NCBI GenBank assembly: GCA_942491945.1
Contig: CALODD010000116.1
Span: forward strand, 1,008-65,007
Source of the DNA: an uncultured Gammaproteobacteria bacterium
GTDB taxonomy: Bacteria > Pseudomonadota > Gammaproteobacteria > JAJDYQ01
Direction: 5' to 3'
Length of the DNA: 64,000 nucleotides
A program made the translations under genes and the position numbers. Position 1 is the first letter of the stretch, and the number at the start of each line of letters is the position of its first letter. Under the pieces are notes generated by a model. It was not told where the DNA came from. It saw nothing but the letters and a program-made list of their open reading frames with translations, and did no database searches. This document shows, in pieces, positions 1-11,157 of the stretch.

Positions 1-23
1 GCGATGAGATTATTGTTCAGTAT

Positions 24-2409
24 TTGCTGGCTTTAATGAGTGTTTTACTCGTTTTGGCGCTGCTCTGGCTTAGTTTGCCGCATTTAATCGAAAGCGTTGT
101 TCCGTCGCAGCTGACGCAGCAGGGATTCTCCGTCATCGATATTGAGATTGGAAAAGTAGGTTTGCAGTCAACGGCAGTTGAGCGGCTGCAGATTTCAAAT
201 GAACAGCTGGACATCAACCTCCAGGGGCTGCAGGCTGAGTACCAGCTTTCTGATCTGATTTCAGGGTCAGTGATTTCAATACTCGCTGATCAGGTCCGCG
301 TTAACAGGAAGCCATGGCAGAAGAATGAGCCGACATTACCCGACCCTATGTTACTGCTGAGCTTGTTGAAAACTAACTGGGATGAATACCTTCCAGCACG
401 CTCTGTTGTGATTAATGAGCTTTCAATTTACGACGAAAATGGCACCCTGTCCCTGAATTCTTCCGTGAATATTCTCAAACAGGGGAAAAATGTCAACGGC
501 GAGATTATGCTCGTCGATAGAAATAGCGTTGAGTATCTGCTGAAGATGGATATCTCATCTGAAACTGGCGCCGAGCTGCAATTGCATAGCTTAACTGAGG
601 GTGAGAAACATCCGCTATCTATTAAAGTTTTACCCGCTGAGGAAGCGAATGGCCTTAACGGGCAAATAAATATAGATCTGTTGGGAATTGCAGGCTTGTT
701 TTCTGAGGTTGATGGGCTGTCTGGCCAGTTACAGGCGGATTTTCATATCTCAGTCAGCTGGCAGTGGCGAAACGGTTTCGCTGTGCAGGCCTCGCTGATT
801 GAGACAGGAATTGCCGATTGGCAGGTGAAGAACGCGACAGCCTTACTGCTGGGCAAGCCTCTATCAAACAGATAGTGGCTTCAGGCTGGAATTTGCAGAG
901 CCATCGTCAATGGTGGCGCATGCCCTGTCGCAAGAGACAGGCATCATAAAAGTGCTGACTGTAAAACTCCCAAAAATGATCAAAATCGTTGAGCAAGGTG
1001 TGCAGATAGCTGGCGAAAGCGGAGCCAGCGTCATGCTGGATAATGTCAGATTCGACAACCTCACAGTTCCTGAAATGCAGATAAATAATATTGCTCTTGC
1101 AAGCAGCCCGCAGAGTGATGAACAGGCTGCCTGTCGGTTTAGCATGCAGCTGAAGGCGCCAGCTGCTGAAATTAGTAATATGCAGATATCAGCTGAACCA
1201 GTCGAGATAGAGGGGGTTTGCCCCGATAGGGACAAATCGCAATGGGCGGTTAGCGCTAACGTCGCAAACCTAACAGTCGAAGATATTGATTTTCTGCTGC
1301 CACTGAATCATTGTAGTGCGGATATCAAAAACTTGATTGAACATAGCCTGTCAGAGTTTGAGGGAAAGCTATTTTGTCAGTCCAGCAAGCAAAGTGCTGC
1401 AGTGCATTCAAAATTCCGTTTCAATGCGGAGTTTGACACAGGCAGCGCTACTTATTCGTTTTCAGGCATTAATCCCAATAGCGATACACCACTTTTCAGC
1501 AGCCTGCTGAAGGGCTGGAAAGAACCTTATGATCTCGTCTCAGGCAGCCTCTCTCTCAATGGAGAATATCGCTGGTGGAAGAACAGCAAAGGACAGGACA
1601 GTGAAAAACTGAACATGAATCTAAATGTCAGGGATGCAGGGGGATTCTATGATGGCATATTATTTTCCGGCCTGAATTACAAAGACAGTGTTGAAATTCT
1701 GCCAACAATAAAGTCAGCAGGTTTCGCCGAGCTTTCAGTGAGTGACATTGATATTGGAATTCCAATTGAGCAGACATCTGCTCGGTTACAATACAGTGAT
1801 ACAAAAAACGGTGATTTACCGATAGTGACCATGAACAACCTGAGCATGTCTCTCCTCGGCGGTAAAGTTTTAGGGAATGATGTTGATATCGATTTAAACA
1901 GTGACAGCCATAACATGGTGCTGGTGGTTGTTGGCCTCGATTTGGCGCAGATAGTTGCCTTGCAACAAGTAGATGGACTAACTGCAACAGGACGAATTGA
2001 TGGCTATGTGCCGATAAATCTAACCCCTGAAGGAATGAAAATCACAGACGGAAAGATTGTTTCACAGCCACAGGGCGGGCAGATAAAATACACGCCAACA
2101 GGTGGTACTGCTGAGATTGAAAAGTCGGCAGTTGGTTCTGAATTCGTATTCCGCATTATCGAGGATCTGAAATATGATTCGCTTGATATTGACGTCAATT
2201 ATGATGAAAGTGGTGAGATGGAGATGATGCTTGCTCTTAAAGGTATGAGTCCAAAAGTAGACAAGAAGCGCCCGGTGCATTTTAATCTGAAATTACAGCA
2301 GAATGTTCTCAAGCTGCTGCGAGGGTTGCGCTATGCTGAAGGTCTCAGCGAGGACATAGACAGGAATGTCCAGAAGTACTTCAGAAAACAGGAAAATCCG
2401 GTAAACTAA
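24..2409 (+). pseudogene. ydbH: YdbH-like AsmA-family envelope protein, split into two ORFs (24-875 and 910-2409) in different frames
   Basis: N-terminal membrane anchor MLALMSVLLVLALLWL. The C-terminal region (GRIDGYVPINLTPEGMKITDGKIVSQPQGGQIKY...) is followed directly by ynbE and ydbL, as in the E. coli ydbH-ynbE-ydbL operon. The frame changes between 875 and 910. Confidence 0.6.
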
Positions 2410-2549
2410 CCCCTCTGATGATTCAGCTTATATTCATATTAATAGCAGTATAGTTAGTACAACAGCTCTATATGCAGCATAATTTAACACTTCGACTGAC
2501 TATATGAGTTCTTTGAAATAAGCAGAGCGTCGCCTGCGAGGATGATAAA

Positions 2550-2747
2550 ATGAAGCAAAGCCTGATTAAAGTTTTTACCGGCGCATTTCTACTTTTAACA
2601 GTGGCTGGCTGTACGCCAACTGTTAAGGTGGCGGCGCCGGATGAACCGATTACGATAAACCTTAATGTCAAGGTTGAGCATGAGATTCGTGTCAAGATTG
2701 ACAAGGGTCTGGATGAATTGATGACCAAAGACAGTGGACTGTTCTGA
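2550..2747 (+). CDS. ynbE: YnbE-family small lipoprotein
   Basis: 65 aa with a lipobox (LLTVAGC), lying between the ydbH-like and ydbL-like genes. Confidence 0.75.
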   Translation: MKQSLIKVFTGAFLLLTVAGCTPTVKVAAPDEPITINLNVKVEHEIRVKIDKGLDELMTKDSGLF

Positions 2748-2763
2748 TAGCGAGGAAGATAGA

Positions 2764-3054
2764 ATGTTAAATCAATTAAGAAATAAATTACACTGGATTG
2801 CTCCTGTGCTGCTTGCGCTTACCCTGTTTGCACTCCCTGCATCGGCACTTGACCTGGCACAGGCAAAATCACAGGGGCTTGTTAAAGAGACATCCACTGG
2901 CTACCTTACAGCGGTAAAACCATCAGGCGAAGTCAACAGCCTGGTTCAGAAAATCAACGCAGGGCGGAAAGCTGCATATCAGAAACTGGCGAATGACACC
3001 GGAGCACCATTAAGTGCAGTTGAGCAGCGCGCAGGCGAAAAGCTAACCCGGTAA
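2764..3054 (+). CDS. ydbL: YdbL-family periplasmic protein (DUF1318)
   Basis: Signal peptide MLNQLRNKLHWIAPVLLALTLFALPASA, then LDLAQAKSQGLVKE...RKAAYQKLA. The ATG at 2764 is preferred over the ORF-track start at 2734. Confidence 0.7.
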   Translation: MLNQLRNKLHWIAPVLLALTLFALPASALDLAQAKSQGLVKETSTGYLTAVKPSGEVNSLVQKINAGRKAAYQKLANDTGAPLSAVEQRAGEKLTR

Positions 3055-3198
3055 AGTGCCCCAGAGCTGCGTTCATAGCCGCTAGATCCTGGCCTGGCAT
3101 GAGGTTTCAGTTCAGGCCATTTGCCAGCTAGACAATTTAGTGCTTGAACATTATTACCAGAAACTTTAATCTTTGCCTCCCAAAAATTGGAATAAGAT

Positions 3199-3837
3199 AT
3201 GAATCAGGAACAGGCACGCGAAAACATGATCAAGCAACAGGTGCGAACCTGGGAGGTTTCAGACCCCAGAGTTTTGGCGCTAATGTACAAGTATCCTCGC
3301 GAAGAATTTGTACCATCACCCTGGCGGGATCTTGCCTATTCCGATACGAATATCGTGATTAATGACAGCAGCTGCATGCTGTTTCCTGGAATGGAGGCTC
3401 GCATGCTGCAGGCACTCGACGTCCAGTCAGGAGAGCGCGTGCTTGAGCTTGGGACGGGATGTGCATACATGACGGCATTACTGGCTGATCTTTCCGGTAA
3501 TGTTGTATCACTGGACACTACTGACAGCGTGCAGTCAGGTATTAGAGAAAACCTCGAAAATGTACAGTTTGAAACAGGCAGCGTGCTCGATGGGTGGCAG
3601 AATAAAGGCAGTTTTGACGTCATCGTATTGAATGGATCAGTGCAGTCGGTCCCAGAAGGTCTGCTTGATAAGCTAAACGTTGGCGGCAGGCTTTTCGCTG
3701 TTGTCGGAAATCAGCCTGTCATGTCTGCAACACTGATTACTCGCAACCAGGACCACAGCCTGGTAGAAGAAGTGTTGTTTGAAACATCGCTACCACGCCT
3801 GGCCTCCGCTGAGCAGGAAGATACATTTAATTTTTAA
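3199..3837 (+). CDS. Protein-L-isoaspartate O-methyltransferase family protein
   Basis: N-terminus MIKQQVRTWEVSDPRVLALMYKYPREEFVP and SAM-binding motif VLELGTGCAY are typical of the PCMT family. Confidence 0.7.
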   Translation: MNQEQARENMIKQQVRTWEVSDPRVLALMYKYPREEFVPSPWRDLAYSDTNIVINDSSCMLFPGMEARMLQALDVQSGERVLELGTGCAYMTALLADLSGNVVSLDTTDSVQSGIRENLENVQFETGSVLDGWQNKGSFDVIVLNGSVQSVPEGLLDKLNVGGRLFAVVGNQPVMSATLITRNQDHSLVEEVLFETSLPRLASAEQEDTFNF

Positions 3838-5134
3838 CGGCACCAGCCTGGTCTGAAGCTGCGCAGGTGTTTTCGGCCAGAGTGAATATAAGTTCTGATG
3901 TACGTTCCAGAGCGCCACGGTTTTGCAGCACAAGCTTCTTGCCTTTCTCACCTGTTTCAAACCTCAGGTTCGCGTCACCAAGATACGTCGCAACGGCGGC
4001 TACCAGTTCAGGAATGGTTTCCACCTGTTTACCGGCATGGCGGTCCAGTGTCAGCTGGCTGATTTCATCAAAATTGTGCATGTGAGGGCCAAAAATAACA
4101 GGCAGACCCACCGCGCAGGCCTCGAGTACATTGTGACCACCAACAGGCACCAGTGAACCACCGACAAAAGCAACGTCTGAAGCTGCATAAAGTTTAAGCA
4201 GTTCACCCATGCTGTCGGCAATGATCACCTCAATATCCTCATCAACCGGACCTCTCAGCTCGCTTCTAAGCACAGTTTTATAACCATCACGGCGGCTTAT
4301 TTTTGCGACAGGAACAAAGCGTTCAGGGTGCCGTGGGACAATCAGCAGGAGCAGGTCGGGATATGTGCGTCGCAGTTCCCGAAAGGCAACGAGTATCTGC
4401 TTTTCTTCATCGTCATGAGTGCTGGCGGCAATCCAGACCGGACGCATACTTCCGAAGTCACGGCGTAAAGATTCTGCTGCTTCACGCAGGCTGGCAGGTA
4501 ATTTTATTTCAAACTTGATGCTGCCGGTGATAGCATATGATCTTTTCGGTGCACCCATGCGCCGTAAGTCGACGGGCATCAGCGCGTGACTGAGCGGCAA
4601 TCAGGGATACCTTGCTTAGTGTCACACGTGTCAATTTTTCGAAACGAAATACCCACGCATAGATGATTCCGACATACGTGCATTGGCAACTACAATCGGA
4701 ATACCTCGTTGTTTACAGCCGTTGAATATATTAGGCCACAGCTCTGTTTCCAGAGTAACAGCAAGGCAGGGCTTGAGCTTGTCAAGGAAACGCTTTACAG
4801 ACCAGGCAAGGTCATAGGGTACGTAACAATGGAGCACACGACCACCTAATTGTCTTAATACCTCAGCCGATCCAGTAGGAGTCATTGTCGTCACCAGTAC
4901 CGAAGTGTCCGGGTAACGACTTAACAGTTCATTGATTAGAGGAACTGCAGCACGTGCTTCACCTACTGATACAGCATGAACCCAGATGACAGGAGCATCC
5001 GGTCTGAGATTGTTAAACCCAAAGCGTTCACCCCATCTTCTGAAGTAATCAGGATTCTTTAACCCGCGAATTAGCAGATGTAGAATGACTACAGGGATGA
5101 GCAGTGGCAGTAACAGGGAATAGAGCTTTAACAT
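3827..5134 (-). pseudogene. waaA: 3-deoxy-D-manno-octulosonic acid (Kdo) transferase WaaA, interrupted
   Basis: The N-terminal ORF (4631-5134: VIWVHAVSVGEARAAVPLI) and C-terminal ORF (3827-4600: AITGSIKFE...VPRHPERF) are in the same frame. About 66 nt between them only reads as KdtA-like (KLTRVTLSKVSLIAAQSRADARRL) in another frame. That implies two compensating 1-nt indels, one in the A5 run at 4634-4638. Confidence 0.8.
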
Positions 5135-5359
5135 TCGGGATATGTTTAGATTAGGTGATTATGCGAGACTCTGGGAATAGTAGCTGATTGGAAACTTAAG
5201 TGTGTCCCTGTGTTTACCGGCTCTACCTGCTTGATACTTACTATTTGTCATATCAAGAAAGATTCGCACGGAATAGTTGGCCATTGCGAAGTGTTGACAT
5301 TGAAATGGAAGATTTAAAAACAATATGCTTCTTCATGAATTATTAAAGGCGATTTTACA

Positions 5360-6109
5360 ATGAATACACCCCTGTCGGCGGTTATTATTACACACAATGC
5401 TGCCGGGCAGCTTGAAGACTGCCTGAACTCACTATCATTTGTCAGTGAAATAATCATACTTGATTCAGGAAGTGATGACGAAACTGAGAATGTCGCAGTC
5501 AAACACCGGGCAAAGTTCATCCACCAGGACTGGTTAGGTTATGGTCCACAGAAGCAGAGAGCCGTAGAACTTGCAAAGCATGACTGGGTGCTGTGTCTGG
5601 ATGCGGACGAACGCGTCACTGACGAACTTGCCGCATCGATACAGACTGAACTCGAGAATCCACTACACCAGGTCTATCAGTTCCCAAGATGCAACCGTTT
5701 TATGGGGAGCTGGTTGAGGCATGGCGAAGGCTACCCTGATTTGAGTTTACGTCTTTTCAATCGTAAGTTTGCCCAATGGAGTGACGCGCCTGTTCATGAA
5801 TTCGTACAGTCTAATGTTACGCCCGGTACTCTACAGGGTGATCTTCTGCATGATTCAGCAATCTCACTGCAGCGCTACCTGGAAAAACAAAATCTTTATA
5901 CCAGTCTGCAGGCAGAGGAAATGCTGAAGGCAGGTAAACATGCGGGGGCTGGTAAGCTGCTGTTAACTCCACTGTACCGGTTTATCAAGTTTTACCTTTT
6001 CCGCCTGGGCTTCCTTGATGGCATGCCGGGACTTATTCATATTCTTATAGGCTGCCAGAATACTTTTCTAAAATATGCCAAGTTAATCGCCTTACAGGGA
6101 AAACAATAG
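5360..6109 (+). CDS. Family 2 glycosyltransferase (LPS core, WaaE/KdtX-like)
   Basis: LSAVIITHNAAGQLEDCLNSLSFVSEIIILDSGSDDET and a DADE motif; divergent from waaA. Confidence 0.75.
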   Translation: MNTPLSAVIITHNAAGQLEDCLNSLSFVSEIIILDSGSDDETENVAVKHRAKFIHQDWLGYGPQKQRAVELAKHDWVLCLDADERVTDELAASIQTELENPLHQVYQFPRCNRFMGSWLRHGEGYPDLSLRLFNRKFAQWSDAPVHEFVQSNVTPGTLQGDLLHDSAISLQRYLEKQNLYTSLQAEEMLKAGKHAGAGKLLLTPLYRFIKFYLFRLGFLDGMPGLIHILIGCQNTFLKYAKLIALQGKQ

Positions 6110-6111
6110 AA

Positions 6112-7269
6112 TCAGACGGCTTTACGCGTTTGGCTAAACATGGCACCCATCAGCAGCATCGCCAGCATTGCAGGCTCCTGATAAAAAGGCGTGTTGAAAA
6201 AACCGGCAGTGACTGGAACCACAAGCGCTGCAGCGCCAGAAATCCAGATCCATTGTTGCTGATTTTCTCTGCAATATGCCCAGCTCTTTAGCAAACGGGA
6301 TATTACCAGGAAAAAAAATGCCAGCATCGCAAGCAAGCCTATTAGTCCCTGCTCAACCCATTGTGTGAGAAAAAGATTATGGGCATGGTGCATCTTGCCG
6401 GTGCGCTGATAGAAGGCAGAGTCTATGCCAATTTTTTCAGGATCAATGGCCTGATAATTCCTTGGACCTATACCCCAGAATAAATTATTCCCCGTTGCTA
6501 TCGTTGCTATCGCAATGTTCCAATTTTCAAGTCGCTCACTATCTGATTTCTTAAATCGTTCAACTGAAAACCTTTCCCTGTATTCCGGATTGTTGATATT
6601 TGTCGGATAGGTATTTATCAGGAAATAAGATGACAGATAACGGCAGAAGTTACAAGTGCGGCTGATGATAATAAAAGACGTTGACTGCGATTGAGAGCAA
6701 GTACCTGGAAGCAGGCAGGTGACGACTGCAAATATTGAACCTCTGCTGCCCATGTAAAGCAAGGCTACACCCATCAGGAAAAGAGAAATAAACATTAGCG
6801 CTGTGTATAGAAATATATCCTCCGTATCATCAGCCTGAAAACCATAAGCTGTCATTATGGCAATGCCTAGATATATTGAAGACTGTGTTGTTACTCCAGC
6901 AGAATGAAAACTCAACGATGATGTTACGCCACTGGAATATTCAATAAGTCCAAATGTTAAACCAGTCAGTACACCTGCCAGCATTATCAAGGCAATAGAT
7001 TGAATTTGCCTGCCTGTATAACCACCATGATAGAGGCAAAGAAAAAGTGCGCAGAAACTAAGAGTATCAAATGGTCCACTAAAACTTTTTTCCAGCGGCC
7101 AGTTTATCAACGTACTGAAAAGACTTACCAGGAATAGTGCGATCACTGACATTGTTATACTATCAGGCTGCGTGATAGACATATCGTTATTCAGGAAACG
7201 CCGCACAACAAAGACCAGCATATACATTGCCCAGAAAATAATTTTTGGTGTTTCAAGGCTGGGCAGCAC
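6112..7269 (-). CDS. O-antigen ligase / polymerase family membrane protein (WaaL-like), copy 1; probably carries an internal out-of-frame stretch
   Basis: Wzy_C-type motif HHAHNLFLTQWVEQGLIGLL and multiple TM segments. Around 6640-6720 the annotated frame reads non-hydrophobic CLLPGTCSQSQSTS. An alternate frame reads VLALNRSQRLLLSSAALVTSAVI, which matches copy 2 (AVLALNIKTGHILLAGLAG). Confidence 0.6.
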   Translation of the reverse strand: MLPSLETPKIIFWAMYMLVFVVRRFLNNDMSITQPDSITMSVIALFLVSLFSTLINWPLEKSFSGPFDTLSFCALFLCLYHGGYTGRQIQSIALIMLAGVLTGLTFGLIEYSSGVTSSLSFHSAGVTTQSSIYLGIAIMTAYGFQADDTEDIFLYTALMFISLFLMGVALLYMGSRGSIFAVVTCLLPGTCSQSQSTSFIIISRTCNFCRYLSSYFLINTYPTNINNPEYRERFSVERFKKSDSERLENWNIAIATIATGNNLFWGIGPRNYQAIDPEKIGIDSAFYQRTGKMHHAHNLFLTQWVEQGLIGLLAMLAFFFLVISRLLKSWAYCRENQQQWIWISGAAALVVPVTAGFFNTPFYQEPAMLAMLLMGAMFSQTRKAV

Positions 7270-7344
7270 AAAAACAAATCAGCCCAGTAGCGTTACTAGC
7301 TCGATGTTTTTATATTAGATTTTCTGATGTCACGTACTCTATAC

Positions 7345-8585
7345 CTAATATCTTGCCGGTCGGCCAGTTTCGTTTGAAGCTGCAAACATCATCCCCATTA
7401 CCAGCATCGCCAGCATTGCATGTTCCTGATAAAACGGTGTGTTGAATAATCCAGCGATGAGTGGAATGGCAAAACCGCCTATCCCTCCATACCATGCCCA
7501 GCCTGGTGAATGATCAGGGTCAGAGCGCCAGATCGCTATGATTTTCAGCAGCACCAGCAAGAAAAAATAGAGCTCGGCAAGTAGTCCAATAATGCCTTGC
7601 TCTATTAGTTGCGTAAGGAATAGATTGTGTGCGTGGCTATATTTTTTCATCTGCATTAAATTTTCATTTTGTGTGACAAATTCCATCTCATTGATGGAAT
7701 TGTAATTACGTGGTCCAACGCCCCATGCCAGATCTTTTCCGGTTGCTAATTTGGCAATAGCTATCTGCCACGCAGCTAAACGCTGAGTATCTGATTCCTT
7801 GATGCGTTCGATAGAGTACTGGGTAAAAATATCTTTGCTGAAAACGTTATCTGGGAATACCTATGTACGAACACAGAAAACAGGATCACGATGATACCCG
7901 CAAGACCTGCTAACAAGATATGACCAGTCTTGATATTCAGGGCCAGGACAGCCAGCAGGACGAAGACAAGGGCAATAGCGAGCATGCTACCGCGACTGCC
8001 CATATAAAGCAGCGCAATAACCTGGATTAACAGGGACAGCTTAAGAAAGTTTGTTAGTTTGTCTGGAACATTATCTTTATCAAGCAGTAAGCCGGCATTA
8101 AGCACGATGGCAATACCAAGATAGATGGAGGACTGGGTCAGAATGCCAGCTGAATGGAACTGGAAGTCTGTACGTATCTGCAGTAAAAATTCTACCAGGC
8201 CATAGACAAGCCCACCCAATACGCCGATGATGATCAAGATAGCAATTTGCCGGTATTCCCTGGCGCTGTAACCGGCACTATAGAGACAAAGAAACAGGGT
8301 GGTGAATCGAAACTCATCAACAAAGCCCTTGAATCCGTTGTCAAATGGCCAGTTCACAAAAGTACTGATTAATGTCACAAGAAGATAAAGCGTAATGGCG
8401 ATATTTACCGGTTGTCGAGGAACTAGCGAGAGATTCCCGTCCTGGTACCGCCTGACCAGGTAGATGACAAGATAGAGAAACCAGAACAGGGTTTTCCCTG
8501 CCTCCAGGCTGGGCATTATCAGAACCAGAAATGAGATGCAGAATAGTTCGTACTTGCGCAGATTGGCCGAGCTCATTTGTTGCAT
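7345..8585 (-). pseudogene. O-antigen ligase family protein (WaaL-like), copy 2, frameshifted
   Basis: The N-terminal ORF 7776-8585 and C-terminal ORF 7345-7686 (HAHNLFLTQLIEQGIIGLL) are paralogous to 6112-7269. Homology (SIERIKESDTQRLAAWQIAIAKLATGKDLAWGVGPRNY) continues in another frame from about 7838. Confidence 0.7.
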
Positions 8586-9673
8586 TTTCTATCGATTACT
8601 GCTGAAAAAATAGTCGTCATACTGTTTATCATCTGATTAATGGAGAATTGCTTTTTTGCATTCAGGTTTGCGGCCTCTGACATGGCTGTCAGCTTATCTT
8701 TATCATTGTACATTGCTTCAAGTGCGGCAAGAATGCTATTGCTGTCCTGCGGTTCAACAATAATTGCCGTTTCCCCTGCAATAACTGCCTCATTGATGCT
8801 TCCATTTAGAGTCGTAATAGCTGGTATGCCACAAGCCTGAGATTGCATCAATGCCTGTGGGACACCTTCATTAGCATAGGAAGGCAAACAGAAAATATCC
8901 ATTGCGTTCATCCACTCGGCAATATTATTCTGGCGTCCGCTAAAAATGACGCGGCTCTGGAGGCCAAGGTCGCTGACCAGGCTATGCAGTGCCTCCCACT
9001 GGGGTCCATCACCAACGATAAGCAAAATACTGGATGGGTCACTGAATTGTTTGAATGCATGGATCAGGTAGCGATGTCCTTTCCAGCTTCGCAGCGTCGC
9101 AACAATACCCACTACAAAAGCCTCTTTATCAATTCCAAGTTTGTCTCGCGCCTGCTGTTTATCTGCCGGGTGGAAATAATTAAGATCAATACCGGTGCGG
9201 ACTGATGTGATATGGTCAGCCGGATAGTGATTGATATCGATCAGTGTCTGGCGTAGTTTTTCCCCGGTAGTCACTATATGGTCGCAAGACTTTGTATACA
9301 GCCACCGGGATGAGAAGTTGTCGGTGATTGGTGCTGAGATATGCCGGGTACGTATGATTGCAGGGCGCTTTGACATTATGCGTGTTGCCAGTGCCACCAG
9401 CCAGCTATCAGTTGAGCTGTGGGTATTGATAATGTCCTGCGGGTTTTCTTTCAACCAGCTAGAAAGAGAAAAAACTGCGCTGAGCCGCTTTTTCCCGATA
9501 GGCATAGTGTGTACCGTCAGCCCATGATCTTTTGCCAGCTCGCCTATTTGTGCCTCTTGCGGACACAGTAAACAGACATCGTGCCCTAGTTGCTGCATGC
9601 CCTGAGCCTCTTTGACGATACGCATCTCCTGACCGCCATAACCGAGAGAGGACTCTGTGTGTAGAATTTTCAT
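8573..9673 (-). CDS. Family 4 (GT1-fold) glycosyltransferase
   Basis: MKILHTESSLGYGGQEMRI... with C-terminal EGVPQALMQSQACGIPAI, a GT4 signature. Confidence 0.75.
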   Translation of the reverse strand: MKILHTESSLGYGGQEMRIVKEAQGMQQLGHDVCLLCPQEAQIGELAKDHGLTVHTMPIGKKRLSAVFSLSSWLKENPQDIINTHSSTDSWLVALATRIMSKRPAIIRTRHISAPITDNFSSRWLYTKSCDHIVTTGEKLRQTLIDINHYPADHITSVRTGIDLNYFHPADKQQARDKLGIDKEAFVVGIVATLRSWKGHRYLIHAFKQFSDPSSILLIVGDGPQWEALHSLVSDLGLQSRVIFSGRQNNIAEWMNAMDIFCLPSYANEGVPQALMQSQACGIPAITTLNGSINEAVIAGETAIIVEPQDSNSILAALEAMYNDKDKLTAMSEAANLNAKKQFSINQMINSMTTIFSAVIDRKCNK

Positions 9674-9820
9674 CTCTTTTGGGAATTTGTTGGTGGTGAT
9701 ATTTTTACGACAGGACAGGGATGGTAATGCATTCTGTGCTCCAGCAAGAAGGTTTAGCGCATTTTACGCTTGTATGTAGCATAAACAACTACTTGTAGCA
9801 GGAAGAAACACTGAATGGCT

Positions 9821-9851
9821 TTGTCGCGATTTCGAATCTAACTGCTATAAT
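9821..9851 (+). promoter_or_regulatory. Possible sigma70 promoter for the tviB/tviC-like operon
   Basis: Perfect TATAAT at 9846-9851 and TTGTCG at 9821-9826, but the spacer is 19 nt (long). The ATG is at 9883. Confidence 0.25.
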
Positions 9852-9882
9852 ATGAATTTTGTATTCCTATTCTGGAGACTCT

Positions 9883-11157
9883 ATGGATCCTCAAAAAATA
9901 ACAATCGCAGTTGTCGGCCTCGGTTACGTTGGGTTACCGCTAGCTGTAGAGTTTGGCAAACATTTCAATACCATCGGTTTTGATATTGATGACAACCGGA
10001 TAAAGGAACTGGCAGAAGGCCAGGACAGAACACTTGAGGTTGATAGTGAAACTCTGAAATCAGCTTCAAAGTTACAATATACATCAGATAGCGAAGAGCT
10101 CGCCAAGGCCAATGTTTATATCGTGACCGTGCCGACACCGATAGATAGGCATAAAAACCCGGATCTGACACCATTACGCAAGGCCAGTGAACTGATTGGA
10201 CGCTTTCTTTCCCGCGACGATATCGTTATTTACGAATCAACCGTGTACCCTGGCGCCACCGAGGAAGTCTGTGTCCCGATACTGGCTGCTCAGTCCGGGC
10301 TTGAATTTAATCGCGATTTTTATATCGGCTATTCCCCTGAGCGCATCAACCCGGGAGATAAAAAACACGGTGTTACCAGTATTCAAAAGGTGACTACCGG
10401 ATCTACACCAGCAATAGCAGATTTTGTAGACAACCTGTATAAAAAGATAATTACTGCAGGCACCTACAAGGCAAGTAGCGTGATGGTGGCCGAGGCCGCA
10501 AAGGTAATTGAGAATACCCAGAGGGACGTCAATATTGCATTGATTAACGAGCTGGCGATGATTTTTAAAAGAATGAACATCGATACTGAAGAGGTTCTCA
10601 AGGCGGCTGGAACCAAGTGGAATTTTCTTCCATTTCGCCCCGGCCTGGTTGGTGGCCATTGTATCGGTGTGGACCCGTATTACCTGACCCACAAGGCTAT
10701 TGAAATCGGCTATCATCCGGAAATGATACTAGCAGGACGGCGTATCAATGATGACATGGGCAGTTACGTAGTTGACCAGATTACTCGCATCATGACTCAG
10801 TCCAGAATACATATTGTGGACTCGAATATTCTCATTATGGGCCTCACTTTCAAAGAGAATTGCCCTGATCTGCGGAATACCCGAGTTATCGATGTTATTA
10901 ATAGTTTTACAGAGCAGCATGCGAATATAGACGTATTTGATCCCTGGGTGGATGCTGATGAAGCAAGTGATGTCTATGGCTTCAGGCCAGTAAGTGAGCC
11001 CGTGCTAAATAATTATGATGCCATTGTTCTGACTGTCTCACATCAACAGTTTATTGACATGGGTGTGGATGCCATTCGTGGTTTCGGAAAGCCTAAGCAT
11101 GTATTGTTTGATGTTAAATATATGTTTCCAGCTGAGCAGACTGACGGTAGGCTTTAA
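9883..11157 (+). CDS. UDP-N-acetyl-hexosamine 6-dehydrogenase (TviB/VipA/WbpO family nucleotide-sugar dehydrogenase)
   Basis: [22 protein letters not shown], catalytic-Cys region [19 protein letters not shown] upstream of the ATG at 9883. Confidence 0.8.
   Translation: MDPQKITIAVVGLGYVGLPLAVEFGKHFNTIGFDIDDNRIKELAEGQDRTLEVDSETLKSASKLQYTSDSEELAKANVYIVTVPTPIDRHKNPDLTPLRKASELIGRFLSRDDIVIYESTVYPGATEEVCVPILAAQSGLEFNRDFYIGYSPERINPGDKKHGVTSIQKVTTGSTPAIADFVDNLYKKIITAGTYKASSVMVAEAAKVIENTQRDVNIALINELAMIFKRMNIDTEEVLKAAGTKWNFLPFRPGLVGGHCIGVDPYYLTHKAIEIGYHPEMILAGRRINDDMGSYVVDQITRIMTQSRIHIVDSNILIMGLTFKENCPDLRNTRVIDVINSFTEQHANIDVFDPWVDADEASDVYGFRPVSEPVLNNYDAIVLTVSHQQFIDMGVDAIRGFGKPKHVLFDVKYMFPAEQTDGRL

Noticed and set aside
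3091-3118. GGCCTG...CAGGCC hairpin after ydbL as a terminator
   Set aside because: The stem is only 6 bp with a 16-nt loop and has no following U-tract, which is too weak to annotate.
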